Source of the DNA: an uncultured Clostridia bacterium
GTDB taxonomy: Bacteria; Bacillota; Clostridia; Christensenellales; CAG-1252
Assembly: GCA_945482995.1 (NCBI GenBank)
Contig: CALYRM010000004.1
Span: 1 to 58,123, forward strand
Direction of reading: 5' to 3'
Length of the DNA stretch: 58,123 nt
This document shows positions 48,141 to 57,989 of the stretch, in pieces. The notes under the pieces are model-generated. The model searched no databases. It saw nothing but the letters and a program-made list of their open reading frames with translations, and was not told the DNA's origin. Position numbers and translations under genes: made by a program. Position 1 is the first letter of the stretch. Each line of letters starts with the position of its first letter.

Positions 48141-48824
48141 TTATTCGTCGGTCATTGTAAAACGATAACCAACTCCTCTGACTGTTTCAATATAGTCCAT
48201 TGGAATCTTTTCTCTTATGTGTGTTAGGTGTACAACAACAGTACCTGCGTCACCGAAGGAATCCATTCCCCATACCTTTTTAAAAATAGCGTCCTTTGCA
48301 AATACTCTATTTGGATTACTTGCCAAAAAATACAATAAATCAAATTCTTTAGCAGTTAGAAAAACTTCTTCTTCTCTATAGAATATGCGTCTTGAAAGCG
48401 GTTGTATTCTTAAATCCTTATAACAAATTTCCATGCTGTTTTCACCACTTTTGCCCTTGAGACGCTCGTATTTTGCAAGATGTGCTTTTACTCTTGCGAC
48501 AAGCTCGGACGGATCAAAAGGCTTGCTTATATAATCATCTGCACCAAAACCTAAGCCACGTACCTTGTCTATAATTTCTGTTCTTGCAGATACAATGATT
48601 ATAGGAGTATCCTTTGTCTTACGAATTGTTCTGCAAATTTCAAATCCATCCATATCCGGAAGCATTATGTCAAGAATAATCAAATCGAAGTCTTCTTCCT
48701 CAGCTCTCGTCAAGCCTTTTCTTCCGTTGTTTTCGACTGTAACGGATAAGCCTTCAATCTCAAGATAGTCTCTTTCGACATCTGCTATATTCTTTTCATC
48801 TTCAACAATTAAAATTCTTTTCAT
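48141..48824 (-). CDS. OmpR-family response regulator
   Basis: Receiver domain (ILIVEDE, DLIILDIMLPDMDG, KP) plus a winged-helix C-terminus (TAKEFDLLYFLASNP, VRGVGYRF). Confidence 0.92.
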   Translation of the reverse strand: MKRILIVEDEKNIADVERDYLEIEGLSVTVENNGRKGLTRAEEEDFDLIILDIMLPDMDGFEICRTIRKTKDTPIIIVSARTEIIDKVRGLGFGADDYISKPFDPSELVARVKAHLAKYERLKGKSGENSMEICYKDLRIQPLSRRIFYREEEVFLTAKEFDLLYFLASNPNRVFAKDAIFKKVWGMDSFGDAGTVVVHLTHIREKIPMDYIETVRGVGYRFTMTDE

Positions 48825-50210
48825 TTATTCTTTTCTCCTTCTGGGAATTGTTATTTTTATTGTAAGTCCATTGTCATTGTAAGCGACAACCTCTCCTTTG
48901 TGTGCCTGAACGACATTCTTTACTACGCTTAAGCCTATACCGCTACCCGATACAGGGTTGGATCGTGATGGGTCGCCTCTATAGTAGTTTTCAAAAATAT
49001 AGTCAATCATAAAGTCCTTTACGCCCGGACCGTCATCCGACAGATAGATTTCAACATTTTCGTCTTTGTCAACTACCTTTATTTGCATATTAGCGGTATC
49101 TGCAACCTTGTATTTCAAGCTGTTGTCACAAATGTTTTGGAAAATGCGATCAAACTGTACCTTGTCTATGTTGACAATCAAGCTCTTGTTTTGGGGCACA
49201 ATACCATTTATCACTATTCCACGGGCTGCATATTGAACATAGTTTCGACGAATAAAATCATTTACAATCTCGCAAATATCGTGTTCGCTAAACGAATACA
49301 TTACAGCCCTCGATTGCATTTTCGCAAATGCCGAAAGCTTGTCTATCAGTTCACTCATCGATAACGCAGTAGAATAAACCTTTTCTATATATTCGTTTTC
49401 CTTTCCGATTTTCTTAGCCACTCCGTCCTTGATTCCCTTGGCGTAGCCTTGAATTACAGATAGTGGTGTACGCAAATCGTGCGATATACCCGATATCATC
49501 ATTCCGCGTTCTCTTTCAACCGCAGCGTTTTCCTTTTCGGAATCGCAAAGCTTTTTGCGCAACGTGTCGAATTCGGCACAAATTTCGGCAAGCTCATCCG
49601 CTCCCTTGGCGTCAATTTCCATAACCTTTTCGTAGTTGCCGTTGAACACCTCGTGCATTGCTTGATTGAGCGCCTTTAATCTTGGCACAATTATCAATCT
49701 CTCGGCAGTGGTGATTGCAAACGCCATTGATACCGACGCCACTAAAATGGACGCTATGTATATGTACAAATAGGTTTTTTGTTTTTCGCCGTAATAATTA
49801 TCTGAGTTTACCGCCACAAGCCAGCCTGAAGGAAGAGCCATTGAGGTTACAAAGGCGCCGTTATCAAAAATTACGCTTTGCTCGTTAGTTGCACGATAGT
49901 ATTTGTCTGCAAGCGACCTTTCGACTTTATCGGTCGAATTGGTATCGACAGTCTGCTCGTTTAGATAATAAAAATAGCTATATCCTTTGTCTTGAAGCTT
50001 GTTTTTCGCTATTTTGAGAGCTTCGGCTTCGGGTTCACCGCTTGTACGAATCTCGGTAAAAATTTGTCTTATTTCAAATAGCTCTGCGTAGGACATCGTC
50101 AAGCCTTTATCGTCAAACTTCAAAACATAAATAAGCCCTGTTAACGACACGACGGCGATAATCACGGAAAACAATATATTACAAATAACTAATTTTAAAC
50201 CTATCTTCAC
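48825..50210 (-). CDS. Sensor histidine kinase
   Basis: H-box ISHDLRTPLS, with N and G boxes (DNSLKY, DDGPGV, GSGIGLS) and two N-terminal TM helices. The ORF-track start is GTG at 50210 with no clear SD, so the start is uncertain. Confidence 0.85.
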   Translation of the reverse strand: MKIGLKLVICNILFSVIIAVVSLTGLIYVLKFDDKGLTMSYAELFEIRQIFTEIRTSGEPEAEALKIAKNKLQDKGYSYFYYLNEQTVDTNSTDKVERSLADKYYRATNEQSVIFDNGAFVTSMALPSGWLVAVNSDNYYGEKQKTYLYIYIASILVASVSMAFAITTAERLIIVPRLKALNQAMHEVFNGNYEKVMEIDAKGADELAEICAEFDTLRKKLCDSEKENAAVERERGMMISGISHDLRTPLSVIQGYAKGIKDGVAKKIGKENEYIEKVYSTALSMSELIDKLSAFAKMQSRAVMYSFSEHDICEIVNDFIRRNYVQYAARGIVINGIVPQNKSLIVNIDKVQFDRIFQNICDNSLKYKVADTANMQIKVVDKDENVEIYLSDDGPGVKDFMIDYIFENYYRGDPSRSNPVSGSGIGLSVVKNVVQAHKGEVVAYNDNGLTIKITIPRRRKE

Positions 50211-50325
50211 AACTACATTTTACTATATACAAGCGCCAATTTCAAGAGTTTTTTTAAAAGTTTGTGGTACTTTTGATTAAAAAGCTATATTCCGCCATGT
50301 AGACCGAAGTTCAACCTAATAATGA

Positions 50326-50345
50326 ATGCAACCTGTCGGTTGCAT
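50326..50345 (-). terminator. Candidate hairpin terminator after the PHP phosphoesterase gene
   Basis: 8-bp stem atgcaacc/ggttgcat with loop tgtc, 30 nt past the stop. The U tract is poor (tcattatt). Confidence 0.4.
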
Positions 50346-50374
50346 GAATGGAACACAAGCTATCTTATTGGCTG

Positions 50375-51187
50375 TCACTTAATCCCTAGCACATTTTTTG
50401 TGTGTTCGTTTAAAATTACATTTGTACTGCCAATCTTCGATCCGTACTCTTCGGAGTGATAGTCGCTTCCGCCCGTTATTATGAGTTTGTGTTGATTGGC
50501 AACTAAGCGAATACTTTGTCTAACCTCTTTGCCGTAGTTTGGATAGTAAACCTCAATTCCACCTAAGCCGTAGTCTACCATTCGTGAAACAAAATTACTT
50601 AGTTCGCCATTTCTTATGAATCTATAAGGATGAGCAAGTACTGCCGTACCGCCTGCCGACACAATCAACTTTACCGCTTCTTCGAGAGTTATCCCCACGT
50701 CATTTTGATAGCAAGGCGCATTCCTACCTATGTACTTGTCAAAAGCCTCGGCGCGACTATGCACGAAGCCTTGTTCATACAACATTTTCGCTATATGGGT
50801 TCTTCCTCTCGATTCGCCGTCTAACTCGTCATAGACCTTAAGCTTAATTCCGTGAGCACGTAGCTTGCGGATAATTTCATGATTTCTTTCTCTTCTTAGT
50901 TCTTGTAACTTGTGTATTCCCGCTTGAAATTCGGGATTGTCAAGATTTATATTATATCCTAAAATGTGTACTTCATCATTCAGCCTTGCAGATATTTCCA
51001 AGCCCGCTATACACTGTATGCCAAGTTCCTTTGCGCGTCCCTGCGCTTCTCTTACGCCACTTACAGTGTCGTGGTCGGTTAAAGCCATTATCTTTACGCC
51101 CAAAGAAAAAGCTTTGTCAACTAATTCACTCGGGGTTAGCATACCGTCCGAGCATTTTGAATGTAAATGTAAATCTATTGTTCCCAT
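50375..51187 (-). CDS. PHP-domain phosphoesterase (TrpH/YciV-like)
   Basis: IDLHLHSKCSDG and ALTDHDTVSG metal-binding motifs, with GGSDYH near the C-terminus. AAGGAGA lies upstream. Confidence 0.85.
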   Translation of the reverse strand: MGTIDLHLHSKCSDGMLTPSELVDKAFSLGVKIMALTDHDTVSGVREAQGRAKELGIQCIAGLEISARLNDEVHILGYNINLDNPEFQAGIHKLQELRRERNHEIIRKLRAHGIKLKVYDELDGESRGRTHIAKMLYEQGFVHSRAEAFDKYIGRNAPCYQNDVGITLEEAVKLIVSAGGTAVLAHPYRFIRNGELSNFVSRMVDYGLGGIEVYYPNYGKEVRQSIRLVANQHKLIITGGSDYHSEEYGSKIGSTNVILNEHTKNVLGIK

Positions 51188-51196
51188 TTCTTCTCC

Positions 51197-52510
51197 TTAA
51201 TCCTCGTCTGAACCTATAATCGTTAGTGTTCCGTTTGCGTCGCTTGAACCATCGGGTAAATCAATAACTTTGAGTTTCCTATCGATTTTATCGGTACGTT
51301 TGATAACTCCTTGCAAGGTTTCCGACAACTTAGTTGCTTGCTGTTCGCTTTTTTCAAGCAACTCGGCAAACTTGACAAATTCCGCCTTAAACGAAACTAA
51401 AACCTTTTGGATTTCCAAACTGTTCTTTTGTAATGCAAGCGTTCTAAACCCTACTTGTAAACTGTTCAATAAAGCCGCAAATGTTGACGGACCTGCAATT
51501 ACTACGTTATATTTCTTGCGCACACCCTCGACAAGCTCGGAATTCTTTGCAATCTCGGCATAAAGCCCCTCTATCGGCAAATACATTATTGCAAAATCGG
51601 TTGTCTTTGGTGGGATTATATATTCGTGAATATCCTTTGCCTCGTTTTTAATTAGAGTATAAAGATTCTTTCTTGCGCTATTCATTTCTTCGACTTTACC
51701 GTCAAGCGAATACTCCACTACCTTTTCGTAATCAGCAAGCGGGAATTTACAGTCGACAGGTAGCAAAACATTTTCATCAACCCCCGGTAGCTTAATACAA
51801 AATTCAACGATTTTGTTCGGCTTTATCGTAACGTTTCTTAAATACTGTTCGGGAGCCAAAACGTCCTCGACAAGACTTTGGAGAGACGTTTCACCCCAAG
51901 TACCACGTGTTTTAACACCGTTAAGCACTTTGTTTAGGTCGGTTACGCCCTTTGAAAGATTTTGCATTTCTACAAAGCCCTCTTTTACCTTTTCAAGCTT
52001 GTCGGTAATCATAGAGAATGATAATTGTAGTCTTTCCTCTAAGCTCTTATGTAGCTTTTCATCGACAACCTCTCGCATTTTTTCAAGCTGTTTAGTGTTA
52101 TCTTCTCTTATGCCCGATAGGTTCTCCTTTATTTGTTCAGATAGCTTTTCTAAACGCCCCTCAACTGCTGTAATTGACCTTTCTTGTATGGCGATTATAT
52201 TTTTGATGTTGCTATTCAACAATGCAACCACCTTATCCACGCTCTTGTCAACCTCGCTACTATGCGAAGTCAAGCTAACTCTCAGTTGTTCGGTGGTTAG
52301 TTTTGAAAGCTCAATAAAGCTCTTTTGTTGTTCTTGTCCTAACTCTCTAACAGATTTTTGCAATTTTTCGGATAGAGCGTCAAAGTAAGGAGCAAAATCC
52401 CCGGTTTTGTTTTGCTTTTTGTTTTTAATAGCCTGATCAACGACAAAAATCAACGCAACAAGTGCAATTACTGTCGATAATATGCTAAATACTAATATGC
52501 TAATTTCCAT
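51197..52510 (-). CDS. rmuC: DNA recombination protein RmuC
   Basis: N-terminal TM helix, long coiled coil, then DFAIMYLPIEGLYAEI and the following region typical of the RmuC nuclease-like domain. Confidence 0.8.
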   Translation of the reverse strand: MEISILVFSILSTVIALVALIFVVDQAIKNKKQNKTGDFAPYFDALSEKLQKSVRELGQEQQKSFIELSKLTTEQLRVSLTSHSSEVDKSVDKVVALLNSNIKNIIAIQERSITAVEGRLEKLSEQIKENLSGIREDNTKQLEKMREVVDEKLHKSLEERLQLSFSMITDKLEKVKEGFVEMQNLSKGVTDLNKVLNGVKTRGTWGETSLQSLVEDVLAPEQYLRNVTIKPNKIVEFCIKLPGVDENVLLPVDCKFPLADYEKVVEYSLDGKVEEMNSARKNLYTLIKNEAKDIHEYIIPPKTTDFAIMYLPIEGLYAEIAKNSELVEGVRKKYNVVIAGPSTFAALLNSLQVGFRTLALQKNSLEIQKVLVSFKAEFVKFAELLEKSEQQATKLSETLQGVIKRTDKIDRKLKVIDLPDGSSDANGTLTIIGSDED

Positions 52511-53747
52511 TTTTTTCTCCGCCGTATTCCTTTAATATCTGCAATTTTTCTTTTCTTGTCAAGGATCTTTTTAGTGAATATGATTTCCTTATCATAGCGC
52601 CCAAAGCCAAGCCTCGGGACTCAAACTTTACTCCATATTCGTCAAAATCTGATTTCGATATATCTAAATCTTTTGGTCTTAGAGGCAATCCGTTATTCTT
52701 AATCAGTTCGTATATAGATTCTATATCGATTCCAAGTTTTAAGTTATCTGACAACAATGCGAGTTCTTGTCTGTACCACCTGTTTTTCACTAAAAACAAC
52801 ATTAATTCAATTTCGTCCATTTGGGTTTGTGCTAGCGTATACGCACAAGTTATTTTGTCAATATCAACGTTTGCATATACCAAGCCGTCTTGTCCAAAAA
52901 TTTGTTTTATAGCATTTTCGCCATAATACTTCACGAGATTTGTAGCAAAAACTTCAAGCCTTATTCTATAATCGACATTGTCAAGTATCTTAAAATCTTC
53001 TATATGCTTATCTATCGTCTTAATGGCGTCGAACGGCAAAAAATTTTTCCACAATTCGAGTTCCGCCATTAATTTAATACCATAGTAAACATTGGGCGTT
53101 GTTTTATATTTTTGATCTGAAACAAGTATTCTATTCAGTTCCTCTCTTTTTCGCTCACCCGATATGTCTACAAGCTGTGTTGCGCTTTCCCTAGCGCCTT
53201 TCGCGGTTTCTTCTTCTATATCAAAACACAACTCGCAAGCAAATCTTACTAACCGAAGCAATCGCAAGCCGTCCTCGCTAAACGTTTCAAGCGGTCGTCT
53301 TACCGTCCTTAATTTATGATTTTCAATATCACTTAGTCCACCACATAGGTCGATTACTTCACCGGTTGACACGTTACAATACAATGCGTTTACTGTAAAA
53401 TCACGACGTAAAACATCGTACTTCATATCGGTAACAAATTCAACGGTAGCAGGCGTATGTACTCCGCCTATTGGGTAGCTATCTCGACGAAAAGTGGTAT
53501 ATTCGTATTCTTCGCCGCCACTTATAACCAAAACCGTGCCTATTCTAGGATTTACGTCCTTCACCTTGGCAACGCCCAAAAGCTCCGACTTTAATTGGTC
53601 GGGAGTTAGTACACCACATATGTCGATATCGGTTGAATTTTGCGAGCCAAACAAAATGCTGTTACGAACAAATCCACCTACGATATATATTGGTTGACTT
53701 AACCTTTTAGCTAACTCTTTTAGCGGTTCGGGAACGGCTATTTTCAT
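52500..53747 (-). CDS. cca: CCA-adding enzyme / poly(A) polymerase-family tRNA nucleotidyltransferase
   Basis: IVGGFVRNSIL...DIDI, TTFRRD, RRDFTVNA and EDGLRLLRLVRF are class II nucleotidyltransferase head and neck motifs. Confidence 0.8.
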   Translation of the reverse strand: MKIAVPEPLKELAKRLSQPIYIVGGFVRNSILFGSQNSTDIDICGVLTPDQLKSELLGVAKVKDVNPRIGTVLVISGGEEYEYTTFRRDSYPIGGVHTPATVEFVTDMKYDVLRRDFTVNALYCNVSTGEVIDLCGGLSDIENHKLRTVRRPLETFSEDGLRLLRLVRFACELCFDIEEETAKGARESATQLVDISGERKREELNRILVSDQKYKTTPNVYYGIKLMAELELWKNFLPFDAIKTIDKHIEDFKILDNVDYRIRLEVFATNLVKYYGENAIKQIFGQDGLVYANVDIDKITCAYTLAQTQMDEIELMLFLVKNRWYRQELALLSDNLKLGIDIESIYELIKNNGLPLRPKDLDISKSDFDEYGVKFESRGLALGAMIRKSYSLKRSLTRKEKLQILKEYGGEKNGN

Positions 53748-54292
53748 TATTTTGTGTATACCGTTGGATCTAAAATTCCTATATCCGGAAGTTGACGATA
53801 TCTCTCGGCATAATCGAGTCCATATCCTACTATAAATACGTTTGGAATGGTAAACCCAATATAGTCGCCCTCAAAATCGGTTCTTCTACCCTCGGGCTTG
53901 TCCAACAATGCGCACACCTTGAGTGATGCGGGATTTCTTGCTTCAAGCATACGCTTAACATATTTTAGCGTTAAGCCCGAATCAATTATGTCCTCAACTA
54001 TAATAACATGCTTGCCGGATATTGGAGTAGCTAAATCCTTTGTGAGTTTAACTTCTCCGCTCGTCTTTGTTGACGCACCATAACTTGACATTGCTATAAA
54101 ATCTATGGTTAGATCCGCATCAATTTCTCTTATCAAATCAGAGAAAAACACCGAAGCGCCCCTTAGCGTGCATATCAAAAGAACATTTTTGCCATGGTAG
54201 TCTTCTGATATTCTCTTGCCTAATTCTTTAACTTTTTCAGCAATTTCTTCTTTTGTAAAAAGTATTTTTTCAATGTCCTTGTATAGTTCCAT
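53747..54292 (-). CDS. hpt: Hypoxanthine-guanine phosphoribosyltransferase
   Basis: PRPP loop VIIVEDIIDSGLTL and FIVGYGLDY. Start trimmed to ATG 54292 (MELYKDIEKILF), with GGAGACC upstream. Its stop overlaps the cca start (TAATG). Confidence 0.92.
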   Translation of the reverse strand: MELYKDIEKILFTKEEIAEKVKELGKRISEDYHGKNVLLICTLRGASVFFSDLIREIDADLTIDFIAMSSYGASTKTSGEVKLTKDLATPISGKHVIIVEDIIDSGLTLKYVKRMLEARNPASLKVCALLDKPEGRRTDFEGDYIGFTIPNVFIVGYGLDYAERYRQLPDIGILDPTVYTK

Positions 54293-54333
54293 ATGGTCTC
54301 CTTTAATAAAAGTTCTTAACAGCACTTTTATTT

Positions 54334-54622
54334 AATGTACAATGTACAATGTGCAATTTTGGATTGCTTGATTATATGGTATAGTTATTTTCAATCAATC
54401 CGTTTATTGTATTAACTTTTGTCAATTATTAGCCTTTTTAATGTGCAATTCTTTATTTGTTTTATCACTGGTCATATACTTCGCAATAAATCGCGGTGCT
54501 TGTGTAGATATTTCTCAAACAAGACATGACGACTAATAAGAATGAGATTTTTCGACTTCGTTGCAATCCTTCTAAAAATGACGTCATGGTGCAAGATGAT
54601 AGATTAGTTCCTCAGAATGACA
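54334..54622 (+). repeat. Intergenic mosaic repeat locus G
   Basis: Head ATGTACA ATGTACA ATGTGCA (within 54334..54357), a second aatgtgcaat at about 54440, then cttcgcaataaatcgcggtgc..agatatttctcaaacaagacatgac and two degenerate short units ending aaaatgac and cagaatgac. Confidence 0.75.
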
Positions 54623-54623
54623 T

Positions 54624-55916
54624 TTATTTCTTAATAAGTGTGTATACACTTTCAATATTTCCATCGTCAACCATTACGCTTCTTGAAATTTCAACGGGGG
54701 TTACCAAAATCGTGCTGTCTACTGCTATAATTGGGTAGCGCTCCCTTAGTCTTTTTGATACCTTTTTATCGGTATAGAAATCGCCAAGCGATGTGGTAAT
54801 ACCGCTAAATCTTGTGAATACATCTCCACTTTCACGCAAGCGTATCACTGCGCTTTCGGGAATCTTGTTAACGTCAAATCTAATGCCATTGCCTGTGTAC
54901 TTCTCAACCGACCACCTATCTTTGCCGATAGTAAACTCTCCCACTCTAAATGGAACAGTCTCAAATTCTATGGGTTGGTACTCTTCAAATACAAGCAAGT
55001 CGTATTCTTTTGACGCTCTTATGCCATTTGCAAGATCAACTCTCGCTCCGTTAGTAAGATTAATCAGCGCTAAAACGTCATTCAAATTGCTTTCTTCAAA
55101 ATCTACGCCACCGTTGATTATGTTTACTGCCTGTCTTATTGCGAATTTTTGCAATACAATATGACTATTTGTCAATTCGTCAATTTTTAAACACACCGCA
55201 TTATCCACAACAGTGGGTTTGGGAGCAAGCGTCATTAAAAAATTTTCGTTTTCATTCGCTCTCTCGCTAAGTTTTAATAAGCTTTTGCGATAATCTTTCC
55301 AACGCGTTTCCACTTTCGGCAACAGCTCATTGCGGACAAAGTTGCGCGTGTAATTGATATCGGCGTTACTCTCGTCCTCTCTATATGGAATGTCATTTTT
55401 CGCGACGTAATCGTATATCTCGGCTTTTGTTACCTTCAATAACGGTCTTAAATACCTGTCTCGGTTTTGAATACCCTTTAAACCCTCAAGTCCTGTGCCT
55501 CTGAATATACGCATTATTATAGTTTCGGTTAGGTCGTCTAAATGGTGTGCAAGCAGTATGTAGTCGGCTTGCTTCCTCTCCAAAACCTCGTCAAAAAATC
55601 GATAACGAAGTATGCGCCCTGCCATTTCAAGTGAAACCTTGTGGCTCAAATGATATTCAAGAGTGTTTATACTCTTCGTTATGCACGTAATTCCGAGCTT
55701 CTTTGTGTATTCCAATACAAGCGCACTATCCTTTATCGAATTTTCACCTCGTATCCCATGCTCGACATTTAGTGCAATTACCTTAAACTCTACGTTTTTC
55801 ATCGCCGATAGTACGGTAAGCAAACACATAGAATCCGCTCCGCCCGATACGGCTACCGCAAGTGTTCCCTTGAGGTGACAAACTTCATTAAAAACGCATT
55901 GATAAATATTATTCAT
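54624..55916 (-). CDS. tilS: tRNA(Ile)-lysidine synthetase TilS
   Basis: PP-loop VAVSGGADSMCLL, HHLDD, and a position upstream of hpt as in other Firmicutes. Confidence 0.9.
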   Translation of the reverse strand: MNNIYQCVFNEVCHLKGTLAVAVSGGADSMCLLTVLSAMKNVEFKVIALNVEHGIRGENSIKDSALVLEYTKKLGITCITKSINTLEYHLSHKVSLEMAGRILRYRFFDEVLERKQADYILLAHHLDDLTETIIMRIFRGTGLEGLKGIQNRDRYLRPLLKVTKAEIYDYVAKNDIPYREDESNADINYTRNFVRNELLPKVETRWKDYRKSLLKLSERANENENFLMTLAPKPTVVDNAVCLKIDELTNSHIVLQKFAIRQAVNIINGGVDFEESNLNDVLALINLTNGARVDLANGIRASKEYDLLVFEEYQPIEFETVPFRVGEFTIGKDRWSVEKYTGNGIRFDVNKIPESAVIRLRESGDVFTRFSGITTSLGDFYTDKKVSKRLRERYPIIAVDSTILVTPVEISRSVMVDDGNIESVYTLIKK

Positions 55917-56094
55917 AATAATATTATCTTATTTTACATTAATTTTGTCAAGTAAAAGAGTTAAAACGACTGTGATAGCTTATCACTGAATTGACTGCTT
56001 TGCAATCGTGAATTGAAACTTTTGGTTCGTGAATTCTCGTGCTGCAGCACTCCATGAATTTAATTGCGACCTAATGATCGCAATTCGTCATGTT

Positions 56095-56245
56095 CAAAGA
56101 TCCATTATGGTTCAGAATGGCTGTTCGTGTGCTTCGCTCGAGTCTGTGCTTGCATTGAGACGTCTCGACTTCGCTCGACAATTAGGATGTTGATAGCTTC
56201 TTCTATGTTGCTCATGATGACTTTAATTACATTAAAAATGACGCA
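56095..56245 (+). repeat. Intergenic mosaic repeat locus H (degenerate)
   Basis: ggctgttcgtgtgcttcgctcgagtctgtgc..gagacgtctcgacttcgctcgaca.. followed by ..ctcatgatgac and ..aaaaatgac. It diverges from the consensus. Confidence 0.6.
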
Positions 56246-56313
56246 TTTAATTTCTCTTTTCGTACTTACAAAAAAGTTTTTTCTAAAAAATATCAATTAT
56301 CACTATCACTATT

Positions 56314-56343
56314 TTGAAAATTGTGATAAAATGGGATTATAAA
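56314..56343 (+). promoter_or_regulatory. Candidate promoter for pckA
   Basis: TTGAAA (56314..56319), 18 nt, TATAAA (56338..56343). An alternative extended -10, TGaTAAAAT, lies just upstream. Confidence 0.4.
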
Positions 56344-56370
56344 ATTAAAAAATTATAGGAGATTTTTTAA

Positions 56371-57978
56371 ATGACTAAAATTGATTTATCAAAATATGGA
56401 ATCACCGGCGTCAAAGAAATCGTTCATAATCCTTCTTATGAGTATTTATTTGAAGCTGAAATGGATCCTTCTCTAACAGGCTACGATAAAGGTCAACTCA
56501 GTGAACTCGGTGCAGTAAACGTCATGACAGGCGTTTATACAGGTCGTTCACCTAAAGATAAATTTATCGTCATGGACAAAAACTCAAAAGATACAGTTTG
56601 GTGGACAAGCGATGGCTATAAGAACGATAACCACCCTGCTAGCGAAGAAACTTGGAAAGCAGTTAAAGAAATTGCTGTAAAAGAGTTGTGCAACAAAAAA
56701 CTTTATGTTGTTGACGCTTTCTGCGGCGCTAACAAAGATACTCGTATGGCTGTTCGTTTCATCGTTGAAGTTGCTTGGCAGGCTCATTTCATTAAGAATA
56801 TGTTTATCGCACCTTCTAAAGAAGAACTCGAAAACTTTGAACCGGATTTCGTTGTTTTCAACGCTTCTAAGGCTAAGGTTGAGAACTACAAAGAACTTGG
56901 TTTGAATTCCGAAACCGCTGTTGTTTTCAACATTACCAGTAGAGAACAAGTTATTATCAATACTTGGTACGGCGGCGAAATGAAGAAAGGTATGTTCTCC
57001 ATGATGAACTACTATCTTCCTCTTAAGGGTATCGCTGCGATGCACTGCTCCGCTAATACCGATATGAACGGCGAAAATACCGCTATCTTCTTCGGTCTTT
57101 CAGGAACCGGCAAAACCACTCTTTCAACCGATCCAAAACGTCTTTTGATTGGTGATGACGAACATGGTTGGGATGACAACGGCGTATTCAATTTCGAGGG
57201 CGGCTGCTATGCTAAGGTTATCAACCTAGACAAAGAATCCGAGCCAGATATTTATAACGCTATCAAACGCAACGCTTTGTTAGAAAACGTTACTATTGAC
57301 GAAAACGGTAAAATCGATTTCGCTGATAAGAGCGTTACCGAGAACACAAGAGTTTCCTATCCGATTAACCATATCGAAAAGATTGTTCGCCCTGTTTCAT
57401 CGGCTCCCGCTGCTAAAAACGTTATCTTCCTATCCGCTGACGCTTTCGGCGTTTTGCCTCCCGTTTCTATTTTGACGCCTGAACAAACTCAATACTACTT
57501 CCTATCCGGTTTCACCGCTAAATTGGCTGGTACAGAACGTGGTATCACAGAGCCTACTCCTACATTCTCCGCTTGCTTCGGTCAAGCTTTCCTTGAGTTG
57601 CACCCAACAAAGTACGCTCACGAATTGGTTAAGAGAATGAAAGAAAGCGGCGCTAAGGCTTATTTGGTAAACACAGGCTGGAATGGCACAGGTAAACGTA
57701 TATCTATTAAAGATACTCGTGGTATTATCGACGCTATCTTGAACGGATCAATCAAAACCGCTCCAACTAAGACAATACCTTACTTCAACTTTGAAGTTCC
57801 TACCGAATTACCCGGTGTTGACTCGCATATCTTAGACCCAAGAGACACCTATGCAGACGCTTCTATTTGGAATACAAAGGCTGTTGATTTGGCAAGTAGA
57901 TTTATCAAGAACTTTGCTAAGTACACAACCAATGAAGCTGGCAAGGCTTTGGTTGACGCTGGTCCAAAGGTTGACTAA
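56371..57978 (+). CDS. pckA: Phosphoenolpyruvate carboxykinase (ATP)
   Basis: [14 protein letters not shown]-loop, [19 protein letters not shown]. Full length at 535 aa. AGGAGA lies upstream. Confidence 0.95.
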   Translation: MTKIDLSKYGITGVKEIVHNPSYEYLFEAEMDPSLTGYDKGQLSELGAVNVMTGVYTGRSPKDKFIVMDKNSKDTVWWTSDGYKNDNHPASEETWKAVKEIAVKELCNKKLYVVDAFCGANKDTRMAVRFIVEVAWQAHFIKNMFIAPSKEELENFEPDFVVFNASKAKVENYKELGLNSETAVVFNITSREQVIINTWYGGEMKKGMFSMMNYYLPLKGIAAMHCSANTDMNGENTAIFFGLSGTGKTTLSTDPKRLLIGDDEHGWDDNGVFNFEGGCYAKVINLDKESEPDIYNAIKRNALLENVTIDENGKIDFADKSVTENTRVSYPINHIEKIVRPVSSAPAAKNVIFLSADAFGVLPPVSILTPEQTQYYFLSGFTAKLAGTERGITEPTPTFSACFGQAFLELHPTKYAHELVKRMKESGAKAYLVNTGWNGTGKRISIKDTRGIIDAILNGSIKTAPTKTIPYFNFEVPTELPGVDSHILDPRDTYADASIWNTKAVDLASRFIKNFAKYTTNEAGKALVDAGPKVD

Positions 57979-57989
57979 TCCAGTCTTAA

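Noticed and set aside
56314-56330. CcpA cre site or Rex box near the pckA promoter (tgaaaattgtgata), and in the GTGAATT elements
   Set aside because: The central CG of the cre consensus is missing. The GTGAA half-sites are direct repeats rather than inverted ones, so they do not fit the TGTGA-N6-TCACA Rex operator.
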